28,789 bases of DNA from positions 1 to 28,789 of the IMG/VR virus record IMGVR_UViG_3300031452_000171; one strand, written 5' to 3'. Positions 8,852-16,874 of this stretch are shown piece by piece. Below the pieces are notes generated by a model. That model was not told the DNA's origin and did no database searches. It was given only the letters and a program-made list of their open reading frames with translations. This DNA is from a virus (taxonomy: Duplodnaviria; Caudoviricetes). Positions within the stretch are counted from its first letter, which is position 1; each line of letters starts with the position of its first letter. The position numbers and the translations under genes were made by a program.

Positions 8852-10114
8852 TCAATACTCCACGATGACGAGGCCGTTGAACCCGTTGCCGCCGGGCGCG
8901 CCGTTGCCCAGTCCGCCGGGTTGGTTCACCCCGGCGCCGCCGCCTCCGCCGCCCGGACCCTGGGCGAAGATGCCCTGCACCGCGCCGGACGTGCCACGAC
9001 CGCCGCCCGGCCCGCCGCCGTCGCCGCCGCGCAGGCCGACCTGGATGGCATCGCTGCCGCAGCCGCCGCCCTCCTGCACGCTGCCGCCGTAGCCCTGGCC
9101 GCCGATGCCGCCGGCGCAGGTCGTCATCGCCGTGCCGCCGGCGCCGCCATTGCCGCCCGAGGCGCTGACGTAGTTGCCAAAGCTGCTGCTGCCGCCCGGT
9201 GGTCCCTGAACCAGGCCGGTTGGCGCCGTGGCGGCGCCAATGCCGCCGCCGCCCACCGTCACCGGGATGACGCTGCCCGGCGCCAGCCCGCTCAACCAGG
9301 CGGTTGCCCGCCCGCCGGCGCCACCGCCGCCACTCGGCAGCACGCTGTGGGTGCCGCCGGCGCCGCCGCCGCCGATCACCGTGGCGCGCAACCGGGTCAC
9401 GCCCTGCGGCACCATGAAGCTGCCCGATTGGGTGAACACCGTGGCCGCCGCGAAGCCTGGGCGCAGATCGCCGAGCTTGGCCGGGATGACCCGCGTCGGC
9501 GCATACGGCACGACGCTGCCGACAGCGAGCGCCGTCTGGCCAGCCTCCAGCACCACCATCGCCAGCCCGGTCCATCCGGCGTCGGGGGCCGGGGCGGCAC
9601 TGTTGCCGGGCGCGGTGATGCCACCCGGCTTGGCCAGCAGCGCCACGCGCTGCGTCCGCACCGTGGGCTGCGCCACACCGGAGTTGGCTGCGCCGAGATA
9701 GGGCTGCGCCGGATTGGCGGCGTTGTAGTAGGGCAGCACGACGGGATTGGCGTCGCTCTCCTGGAACGCCGCCTGGATCAGGTAAGTGATCTCCGACCCT
9801 GCGGCGAGCGGTGGCGCCAGCAGCAACGGCACCGCCGCCGTGTTGATGCCCATGCGCACCACGACGTCGGCGCCATCGGCCGGCAGCGAACCGTAGGCGC
9901 TCTGGTCCACCGGCCCCAGCGTGGTGATGCTGCCAGGCCCGACGCTGACGGCGAGCGTTGCCGCCACCGCCGTCACGGCCAGCCCGTCGATGGTCGGCAG
10001 CGCGCCGATGGCCGCCGCGAGCAGCGCGCCCAGGGCGATCATGGCGTTGCGGTTGCTGTTCAGCAGATCGGTGTCGAGCGGGATGCTGCCCAGATAGACG
10101 ATGCTGCGGTCCAT
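8852..10114 (-). CDS. Baseplate-attached tail fibre with Gly-rich C-terminal domain (420 aa)
   Basis: ATG at 10114 (MDRSIVYLGSIPLDTDLL) with GGAG upstream; follows the J/I-like genes; VFTQSGSFMVPQGVTRLRATVIGGGGAGG...GLVIVEY domain. Confidence 0.75.
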   Translation of the reverse strand: MDRSIVYLGSIPLDTDLLNSNRNAMIALGALLAAAIGALPTIDGLAVTAVAATLAVSVGPGSITTLGPVDQSAYGSLPADGADVVVRMGINTAAVPLLLAPPLAAGSEITYLIQAAFQESDANPVVLPYYNAANPAQPYLGAANSGVAQPTVRTQRVALLAKPGGITAPGNSAAPAPDAGWTGLAMVVLEAGQTALAVGSVVPYAPTRVIPAKLGDLRPGFAAATVFTQSGSFMVPQGVTRLRATVIGGGGAGGTHSVLPSGGGGAGGRATAWLSGLAPGSVIPVTVGGGGIGAATAPTGLVQGPPGGSSSFGNYVSASGGNGGAGGTAMTTCAGGIGGQGYGGSVQEGGGCGSDAIQVGLRGGDGGGPGGGRGTSGAVQGIFAQGPGGGGGGAGVNQPGGLGNGAPGGNGFNGLVIVEY

Positions 10115-10149
10115 GGTTGCTCCGAAGAATGGGGTTGAAGCCTGGCAAT

Positions 10150-10821
10150 TCAGGTAATGATGCGCGTCCAGGCGATGCCGGCCGCGGGCATCACGCCGGC
10201 GATCGCGACCATGATGTCGGCGTCGCCGACCGGCCCCGCGAGCAGCCCGGCGCCGGCATACTCGATGGCGCCCACGCCGTAGCCGCCGAGCACGCCGCAA
10301 TAGCCGTCGACCAAGGCGATGCCGACGCCGGCCGGACGATGCACGGTGACGAAGCATTGGAACGGCAGCGCCAGGCTGCCCCAGCGGCCACCCACCCCGT
10401 AGCCGCAGGCAATGCCCCAGGCGCCGGTGTCGGCCGGTCGCGCCGGCTCGAACACCGTCGGCGGGCGACCCGTCAACTGCGTGACCTGCGCCACCAGCGC
10501 GCCCCGCGTGCCCCGCTCGCGCAGCAGTTCCTGGCGGATGCGCAGCCGCAGCGCGGCATCGCCCTCGCCGCTTCGCCGCGCCACGCGGTTGCCGAACCAG
10601 TCGCCGGCAACGAGATCGAGCCACAGATCGGTCGCGGTGCCGAGCCGGGTCTGCGCGCGCGCATAGCCGAGCAGCGCGTGGGCGCCGGCGGCGGCGTTGG
10701 CCAGTCCCGCGAGCAGCCCGCCGAGCACCGGCGCGGTGTCCGGGAACCAGCGCGCCGGCAACACGGCGCGCAGCCGCGCCACCATGTCGTCCTGATCCCC
10801 TGTGGTCGGCAACTGCGACAT
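10150..10821 (-). CDS. Baseplate wedge protein (P2 gpI/Mu gp48 position)
   Basis: LDLVAGDWFG..RRSGEGDAALRLRIRQELLRERGTRGAL motif; immediately after the J-like gene. Confidence 0.7.
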   Translation of the reverse strand: MSQLPTTGDQDDMVARLRAVLPARWFPDTAPVLGGLLAGLANAAAGAHALLGYARAQTRLGTATDLWLDLVAGDWFGNRVARRSGEGDAALRLRIRQELLRERGTRGALVAQVTQLTGRPPTVFEPARPADTGAWGIACGYGVGGRWGSLALPFQCFVTVHRPAGVGIALVDGYCGVLGGYGVGAIEYAGAGLLAGPVGDADIMVAIAGVMPAAGIAWTRIIT

Positions 10822-10824
10822 CGC

Positions 10825-11949
10825 TCAGCCCACCGTCACGGCGCCGGCCTTGAGCACGCCGCCGCCGCCCGGCGAGACATCGGCAACGCCCCCGGCCAGC
10901 AACACGCCGCCGACGTTCACCACCAGGGCCGAAGCGCCATAGGCAAGTTGCGCCAGGCGGCTGTACGGGAGTCCCACGCTGATCGGCAACGCATCGACGT
11001 AGCCGGCAACCGCCGCGGCGACGCGCGCCGCAACGCTGTCGTGAGCACTCGCCGGCAGCACCGTCACGATCATGCTGACCGACACCGGAACCACCGTCGG
11101 CGGCCGCACGCCATAGGTGGTGCCGACCGGCCGCACCGCTTCGATCGCCACCGCCGCGGCAGCGATCACGTCCGACGGCGGCGTCCCGCTGCCATCATCG
11201 ACGGTGACCAGGAAGCTGCCCATGCGCACGCTGCCGTCCGGCGCCACGTTCTCGGCGATGGAGTACGATAAACCCTGGCGCTGCGCCTGGATCGCGGCAC
11301 CCACCGCAAGCGGCGTGGCCCTCGCACGAGTGTCGAGGAAGCTTTGGAACCGTGCGCGCAGGGCAATGTCGCTCTCGGCGTCGACACCGTTGGCGAGAGG
11401 CTGGGCGTTCCCGACCGTGTCGATGCCCGGCAACGCCGCCGCGATCAACGACACCGCCCCGACCTGCACGTTGCCGGCACTGCCGCCGGCCGCCGCCTGC
11501 ACCGGAACGTTGACGCTGGCGACACCCGCCGGCACCAGGTAGCCGGCCAGCGCCGCACTCCAGGTCGGCTGCGCCACGTCGGGCACGACGATGTAGCTCA
11601 GCGATCCGTCCGCGGTGCGCACCACGGTTCCGCTCGGCACCAGGGCCGCGGCATTGGCCACGAAGCGCGCGAACTGCACCTGCCCCGCGGCGGGCAGCGC
11701 CGGCAGCCGCAGCAGACCGAAGTCGGCCACCCAGCTGTCGAGGTCGGGGCCGATGCTGGTGGCGGCGCGCGTGGTCTGCAGCAGCAGCATGATGAGCCAC
11801 TGCAGCCACAGCGCCAGGCTGGCGTTCGCCTCCAGCACCGCCCGCAGCGTGCTGCCGACCGAAAGATCGAGCAGTTGGCGTGCGGCGCCCTGCACGGCCG
11901 CGGCGGCGTTGCCCACGATGGTGGGAAAGTCCTGTAATGGCAACTTCAT
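10825..11949 (-). CDS. Baseplate J-like protein (374 aa)
   Basis: GSTLRAVLEA, GPDLDSWVADFGLLRLPA, GSAGNV, NGVDAESDIALRARF and VRPVG motifs. ATGA overlap at 11946-11949. Confidence 0.9.
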   Translation of the reverse strand: MKLPLQDFPTIVGNAAAAVQGAARQLLDLSVGSTLRAVLEANASLALWLQWLIMLLLQTTRAATSIGPDLDSWVADFGLLRLPALPAAGQVQFARFVANAAALVPSGTVVRTADGSLSYIVVPDVAQPTWSAALAGYLVPAGVASVNVPVQAAAGGSAGNVQVGAVSLIAAALPGIDTVGNAQPLANGVDAESDIALRARFQSFLDTRARATPLAVGAAIQAQRQGLSYSIAENVAPDGSVRMGSFLVTVDDGSGTPPSDVIAAAAVAIEAVRPVGTTYGVRPPTVVPVSVSMIVTVLPASAHDSVAARVAAAVAGYVDALPISVGLPYSRLAQLAYGASALVVNVGGVLLAGGVADVSPGGGGVLKAGAVTVG

Positions 11950-12320
11950 GTTTGGCCTCCAACGCTGAACTGCAAAACCTGCGTGGCGGCGCTTGCGACG
12001 TCGGTGTAGCGGATCGCCACATAGACGCTGCCGTCGCCGGCCGCCTGCACATCGACCTGCGGCTCGGGCGTGCGCGCCACCGCGGCCTCGAGGAAAATCT
12101 GGCTGCGGATCACGCCGCCGATGCGCGCGGCATCGACCGGAGCGCCGACGAACTGGGCCAGCCCGGCGCCATATCCCGGTTGCCAAAGGTAGTCGCCGGG
12201 ATTGGTCAACAACCGGCGCAGCACCCGTTGCTGGCCGAGCAGCGCGCCGTCCACGCCGGCAAGGTCGCCGGTCACGCCGTCTTGCAGGTCGGCAGCGAAC
12301 TGATGCCAGAGATCGGCCAT
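11946..12320 (-). CDS. Baseplate gpW/gp25-like protein (124 aa)
   Basis: QRVLRRLLTNPGDYLWQPGYGAGLAQFVG; strong GGAGG RBS; lies between the spike and J genes. Confidence 0.8.
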   Translation of the reverse strand: MADLWHQFAADLQDGVTGDLAGVDGALLGQQRVLRRLLTNPGDYLWQPGYGAGLAQFVGAPVDAARIGGVIRSQIFLEAAVARTPEPQVDVQAAGDGSVYVAIRYTDVASAATQVLQFSVGGQT

Positions 12321-12333
12321 GGAATCCTCCTGT

Positions 12334-12852
12334 TCAGTCTTGCTGGTTTGGCGTGGAGACGGCGCCGCCCTGCGGATCGTCACGGGTATGCGCGTCGTAA
12401 TGCCGGCGCAGCCGGTCGAGGCTGCCGTGGCGGTCGTACACGTCGCCCGCGACGCGCAGGTCGCCCTGCATCTGGATGCTGCCGTCGTTGCACAGTTTGA
12501 TAAAGCTGCCGGTGGCATGGACCAGCCAAAACTCGCCGACCGGAGCCGCCACCGCGCGCGCCTGATCGCTCCAGGCGCGGCCGACAATCACCCCGTGGTC
12601 GCTGTCGCCCTCCTGCGCCAGCACCAGCACCTGGTCGCCCGGCGCCGGCGGGCACGCCATGCCCCAACCGGCGCCCACCCAGGCACTGAGCACCGGCAGC
12701 CAGCCGGTCACCACGCCCTCCGGCTGCAACGCCACCCGTGCCGCGCTCCGTGCCGGATCGACGCTGGTGACGACGCCGAAGCGGGCCTGCCCGGTGGCGC
12801 GGTCGAGGGCCGCGGCGTGCGACTTCATCGCGTTCACGAACCGCTCCATCAC
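12334..12852 (-). CDS. Baseplate spike protein gpV (172 aa)
   Basis: RFGVVTSVDP..ARV..TGWLPV..PAPGDQVLV OB-fold motif. Confidence 0.88.
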   Translation of the reverse strand: MMERFVNAMKSHAAALDRATGQARFGVVTSVDPARSAARVALQPEGVVTGWLPVLSAWVGAGWGMACPPAPGDQVLVLAQEGDSDHGVIVGRAWSDQARAVAAPVGEFWLVHATGSFIKLCNDGSIQMQGDLRVAGDVYDRHGSLDRLRRHYDAHTRDDPQGGAVSTPNQQD

Positions 12853-13928
12853 AGCACCTCCAGGCCGGGCGAAGCGTTGCGGGCGCGCACCGTCTGATGA
12901 AATCCGCGCCGCACGTCGATGCTGCGCGAGACCTCATCGATCCAGTAGTTTTGGTCGAAGTCGCCGCCGGTGCCCTCGACGCTCACCAACATGCGCGCGT
13001 CGAGCGACAGCTCGCCGGGCATCTCGGCCACCACCACCCGCTCGTGCCGCGACAGTTGCGCCAGCTTGCGTTGCGCCAGTTGCAGCGCGGCGCCGGGCAG
13101 CAGGTCTGGCACCACGAAACTGTAGCGCTGCACCGGCTCCTGCAGGGCCGCTCCGGTAACGCCGCGCCGACTGGCCCGGACAGTTTCGGTGAAGCCCTTC
13201 GCCAGCCGGCTGTTCCAGCTTTTCACCACCACCTCGATATCGCGCGCGAGCGTCAATGACCGTTCCAGGTGCAGCGCGGTCACGTTGGCCGGACCGGACG
13301 CCGTGGCCCGCGGGCGCAGCACCGCGCCCGGCATCGCCGCCGTGGCCGAGGGCCGGAAATGCAACGTCGAGCCGCGCACCCAGACATCGAAGCCCTCACG
13401 CCCCGCCAGTCCCACCAGCAGGTCCCACTCGGTCGTGGCGCGGCTGAACTGGTCGAGCGTGATGTGGTCGTGTTCGAGTTGCCAGTAGCGGCCAACCGGG
13501 GTCGTGGTCGCCTGCACGTCGGCGGTGAGGCCATGGTGGCCGGCAAGCAGCGTCGCGACCTCGCTGGAGGTGCGGTTGGCGAACGTCTCCTGCGTGCGCG
13601 CCTCGATCAGCGCGGCAGTATGGTCGCGTCCCTCCAGTCGGGCGACCCGTGCCACGGCATCGATGTTGACGCTGTCGACAAGACCTTGCACCAGGCTGGT
13701 GAATACCGCGCCCGCGAAGCCGAACTGCACGTCGAGCGTGCAGTTGCCGATGGCGGCCCAGAACGCCGGACCCATCGACGGATCGGCGGACAGCGACAGG
13801 CCGACGCTGAACCGATCTGCGCCGTAGTGGTTGGTGTTGACGATGCGGGCCGACAGCGCGCCTTGCACCGGAACGCCGTCTGCCAGCACCAGCAGGCGCG
13901 GCGCCCGCACCGCCTCACTGCCTGACAA
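12849..13928 (-). CDS. Baseplate hub (P2 gpD/Mu gp44-like, 359 aa)
   Basis: GLVDSV..LEGRD..LI, TEWDLLVGLAGREGFDVWVRGSTLHF, YWIDEVSR; precedes gpV. Confidence 0.85.
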   Translation of the reverse strand: MSGSEAVRAPRLLVLADGVPVQGALSARIVNTNHYGADRFSVGLSLSADPSMGPAFWAAIGNCTLDVQFGFAGAVFTSLVQGLVDSVNIDAVARVARLEGRDHTAALIEARTQETFANRTSSEVATLLAGHHGLTADVQATTTPVGRYWQLEHDHITLDQFSRATTEWDLLVGLAGREGFDVWVRGSTLHFRPSATAAMPGAVLRPRATASGPANVTALHLERSLTLARDIEVVVKSWNSRLAKGFTETVRASRRGVTGAALQEPVQRYSFVVPDLLPGAALQLAQRKLAQLSRHERVVVAEMPGELSLDARMLVSVEGTGGDFDQNYWIDEVSRSIDVRRGFHQTVRARNASPGLEVL

Positions 13929-14100
13929 TGCCGCCCCCGGCGCCGGGATCGACCTTCGGCAGCCGCAGCGTCACCAGGCTGCTCAGCGTCGGGTCCGACA
14001 GTCCGTTGAGCTGCGCGATCCGCACCCATTGCGTGGCATCGCCCAACCAGTCGAGCGCCACGCGAAACAGCGTGCCGCCAGCGACCGTGACGCTTTGCAT
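13915..14100 (-). CDS. LysM/gpX-like tail protein (61 aa)
   Basis: TLFRVALDWLGDATQWVRIAQLNGLSDP..LRLP. Confidence 0.85.
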   Translation of the reverse strand: MQSVTVAGGTLFRVALDWLGDATQWVRIAQLNGLSDPTLSSLVTLRLPKVDPGAGGGIVRQ

Positions 14101-14103
14101 GGC

Positions 14104-14769
14104 TCAGCCTCCCTGGTTCTGCAATATCGCCTGCGCCCGCAGCCCATAGCCGCGCGCCGCCGTCAGTTGCGCCAGCGCGCCGGCGCCGGCGACCGCAGCG
14201 GCGACGTCGCCGGCATTTCCCACCGCGAGGCCGGCCCCGACGATGCCTTGCACGATGCCGGAGTTGAGCTGCGTCATCGCCGCGACCTGACCGGCCGGCC
14301 CGGACGTTGCCAGCGCCTCGCTCACACCGCCGACATCGACCCCCTGGAACCCGCCAGCGGCGGCGAGGTCGCTCAGCATCTGGCCGCCCAGTCCCGCCAC
14401 CGCCTGCAGCAACGCCGCGGCATTGTCGGCGAGCACCGTGCAACTGATGCGATAGGGGATCCAGTTGGACCGCTCGTATTGCGCGTGGAACTCGGCCACC
14501 ACCACGCTGAAGCTGAAGGCGTCCCACGCCAGCGTCCACACCGCGCCTTCGCTGCGCAGCGTGTCCAGCAGCCTCGCCCGCAGCATCGCATCGGGGCCGC
14601 TGAAGGCGCCCGTCCAGGTGATCGGCGCGTCGTCCCGTCCCATGGCGTCGAGCACCCGCGCGCCACCCGGAAGGGTGTGAACCACGATGCGCTGATGGCC
14701 GCCGAAGCCGATTTTTGCCGGCACCTCGAACGCCTCGAAGACCACCGGGCCGAGCAACAGCACTGACAT
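14104..14769 (-). CDS. Tail tube initiator (gpU-like, 221 aa)
   Basis: LLLGPVVFEAFEVP..FGGHQRIVVHTLPGGARVLDAMG..ITWTG; sits between the TMP slot and the LysM gene. Confidence 0.75.
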   Translation of the reverse strand: MSVLLLGPVVFEAFEVPAKIGFGGHQRIVVHTLPGGARVLDAMGRDDAPITWTGAFSGPDAMLRARLLDTLRSEGAVWTLAWDAFSFSVVVAEFHAQYERSNWIPYRISCTVLADNAAALLQAVAGLGGQMLSDLAAAGGFQGVDVGGVSEALATSGPAGQVAAMTQLNSGIVQGIVGAGLAVGNAGDVAAAVAGAGALAQLTAARGYGLRAQAILQNQGG

Positions 14770-14771
14770 GC

Positions 14772-15932
14772 TCAGCGCCCCTGCAACGCGCCGGGCCAGG
14801 CGGCGCTCATGGTCGGATCGAATGCCGTGCAGCCGCCCGACGGACCGGACACCGCGCGCGCGAGGGTATCCGACATCCAGTGCCCGACCCGCGCACCGTC
14901 CAGAAACACATCGCCATGCGTCGGACCACCCTGCTGGCTCGCACTTTGCGCCCCTTCGGCGCGTGGCAAAGGCGCTAGGCTAGTCAACGATGTTTGCGCA
15001 GGCGGCATTGCCGGCGCGGCGAAGCTCTGGGTCCCGGGGTCGGCATCGGGCCACCCGGCCGGTGACGCCGGATCGGGAGGCGCATTTGCGCCAGCGGGGC
15101 GGCCGAACCCGGCATCGACCGCTTGGGCCGGCGGCCGGGACGACGTTGCGTCGGTGCCGGAGGCCACGGAGGGAGGTCCGACCGGCGCTGGCGCAAATGC
15201 CGCGTAGTCGATCGGCGCCGGCGTCGCGATCGTCCTCGCCGCCGACGCGTCGCCTGGAACGGCATCCGGCGGCGGCGGCGGTGGCGGCGTCGCAGGGCTG
15301 ACCGGCGACAACGGCAAGCGTTCCGGCGCAGGCGCTGCGGCAACCGGCGGAGTCCACGGCTCAGGCAAGGCGGCAGCCGTGACAGGGGCGGGCGCTGCTG
15401 CGGCAACTGGCCGGGCTACCGGCCACGTCGGCGTCCCCGCTACGACGGGCGGCACGAGAGACGACACCGGCACCGCCGCCGGCATGACGGCCTCTCCAGG
15501 CAGAACCGTCGCAGGCAAGGGCGCCTGACCTGCCGGTGCGGCATCACGTCCCGGCGTGGCTATCGAGGGCGGCGGCACGAGGCTTGCCGGCATGACGTCC
15601 TGCCCCGGCACGGCTGCGGCAGGCAGCTTCACGCCGGTTGGCGGCGTCACCGGCACGTTGGCCGATATTGCCTCCGCGATCTCCGCCGCCGGCTCCTCGG
15701 CCGGCTGCTCCGCCACGTCAACAGTGTCGCCGAATGCTTCAGGCGGCCGTATCCCCAGCAGTTTCGGCAGGCTGGCCAAGCCACCCGCCACGGCCCGCGA
15801 CAACATCGCGATCTCCTCCTCCGCCGCCGCGATGGCCGCCTCGGCGTCGCTCATCAGCAACGCCAGGCCGACCGCGCTCGGCGCATCCACGGCCTCGCCC
15901 TGGCCCGCCCCGCCTATTTGCGTCTCGCTCAC
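14772..15932 (-). CDS. Pro/Ala-rich low-complexity protein in the tape-measure position (about 386 aa)
   Basis: GTG at 15932 overlaps the TGA of the G-T frame (GTGA). Helical N-terminus, Pro-rich middle, ordered C-terminus GDVFLDGARVGHWM. Confidence 0.6.
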   Translation of the reverse strand: MSETQIGGAGQGEAVDAPSAVGLALLMSDAEAAIAAAEEEIAMLSRAVAGGLASLPKLLGIRPPEAFGDTVDVAEQPAEEPAAEIAEAISANVPVTPPTGVKLPAAAVPGQDVMPASLVPPPSIATPGRDAAPAGQAPLPATVLPGEAVMPAAVPVSSLVPPVVAGTPTWPVARPVAAAAPAPVTAAALPEPWTPPVAAAPAPERLPLSPVSPATPPPPPPPDAVPGDASAARTIATPAPIDYAAFAPAPVGPPSVASGTDATSSRPPAQAVDAGFGRPAGANAPPDPASPAGWPDADPGTQSFAAPAMPPAQTSLTSLAPLPRAEGAQSASQQGGPTHGDVFLDGARVGHWMSDTLARAVSGPSGGCTAFDPTMSAAWPGALQGR

Positions 15933-16108
15933 TTGCCAGGCTCCCAGCGCATTGTTGTGAAGTCGAATTGCCTGCCGTCGAGCGTGCCGAGGGCGATGAC
16001 CCAGGCGGCACGCTCGTCCTCCGGCAACGAGAAGGCGACGTCGAACGGCACCCCGTTCCGTATCAGGAACAGGCAATCGACCAGATCGGGGTGCCGCGTC
16101 AGTTTTTT
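15929..16108 (-). CDS. Tail assembly chaperone frameshift extension (gpT-like)
   Basis: The -1 frame stays open after the slippery site (KLTRHPDLVDCLFLIRNGVPFDVAFSL..WEPGK*) and has no start codon of its own at that point. Confidence 0.8.
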   Translation of the reverse strand, partial: KKLTRHPDLVDCLFLIRNGVPFDVAFSLPEDERAAWVIALGTLDGRQFDFTTMRWEPGK

Positions 16109-16434
16109 GCCGCAATCCCCGGCGAGGCAGCGGCGCTCAACGAAGCCGCCACCGCCGCGATGCCGATGTCGCCAAGCCGCGCCACCAGCGCCTCCACCTG
16201 CGCTTCCGACGCCGGCGCCGGCACCGGCACGTCGTCGATCGCAGTCACGCTGCAGGCCAGCGTGGCCATGCCCATCCATCCGGCATTGCCGACCAGCGCC
16301 GCGCCCGCGGCCTTGAACAGCCGCAGCCGGTCAAGCGCGCCCAGCCGCCGCAGCGCCAGCCGGCGGCCCTGCGCGTCGACCACCGCCGTGATCGCCTCGG
16401 CGGCGGCGATCAGGCGTGACGAGGGAGTGTCCAT
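16099..16434 (-). CDS. Tail assembly chaperone (gpG-like, 111 aa)
   Basis: MDTPSSRLI..DAQGRRLALRRLGALDRLRLFKAAG..; follows the tube gene; ends GCA AAA AAC TGA. Confidence 0.85.
   Translation of the reverse strand: MDTPSSRLIAAAEAITAVVDAQGRRLALRRLGALDRLRLFKAAGAALVGNAGWMGMATLACSVTAIDDVPVPAPASEAQVEALVARLGDIGIAAVAASLSAAASPGIAAKN
16102..16108 (-). other. -1 programmed ribosomal frameshift heptamer A_AAA_AAC
   Basis: X XXY YYZ heptamer in the correct phase immediately before the chaperone stop codon. Confidence 0.85.
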
Positions 16435-16862
16435 CAGACCCGCTTGCGACGGGCGGCGAAGAACTCCAGCCGCTGCTTCACCGCCGCGTCGCCGCGCCAG
16501 CTGCCGGCCTGCGCCAGCTTGAACACCACGCTGTCGAACTGGTAGGTGCTGGTGCTGCCATCGGGTTCGGTCACGTACTGGTACAGCGTCGATTGCGTCA
16601 ACGGGCCGCCGGCGTAGAACTGCGCCTCCAGCCGCGCCACGAAGTTCTCCGCCGCCGACGACCCACGCTCGAGGTCGAAGGCGCCGTCCCAGCCTTTCGG
16701 CAACTCGGCCGCGAGCTGCACGCCGTCGATGCGGTCGACCCGCACCGCCGCCGTGATCTGACGGCACTCGAAGCCTGTGACATGCGACAGGTCGACCCGA
16801 CCGAACGGGCTGGTCAGAACCAACTGGCAGTCGCGCCCGACCGAAAATGCATTGTTGGCCAT
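16434..16862 (-). CDS. Tail tube protein (142 aa)
   Basis: Size, beta-rich pattern (GWDGAFDLERG..YQYVTEPDGSTSTYQFDSV) and position directly after the sheath. Confidence 0.8.
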   Translation of the reverse strand: MANNAFSVGRDCQLVLTSPFGRVDLSHVTGFECRQITAAVRVDRIDGVQLAAELPKGWDGAFDLERGSSAAENFVARLEAQFYAGGPLTQSTLYQYVTEPDGSTSTYQFDSVVFKLAQAGSWRGDAAVKQRLEFFAARRKRV

Positions 16863-16874
16863 TGCGTGTTCCCC

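Noticed and set aside
1553-10114. Diversity-generating retroelement or invertible fibre cassette
   Set aside because: No reverse transcriptase, invertase, template/variable repeat pair or inverted fibre segments seen.
8006-10820. 15-bp identity tcggcaactgcgaca at 8006-8020 and 10806-10820
   Set aside because: Both encode SQLP near gene starts; direct orientation, only two copies and no recombinase, so insufficient evidence for a recombination site.
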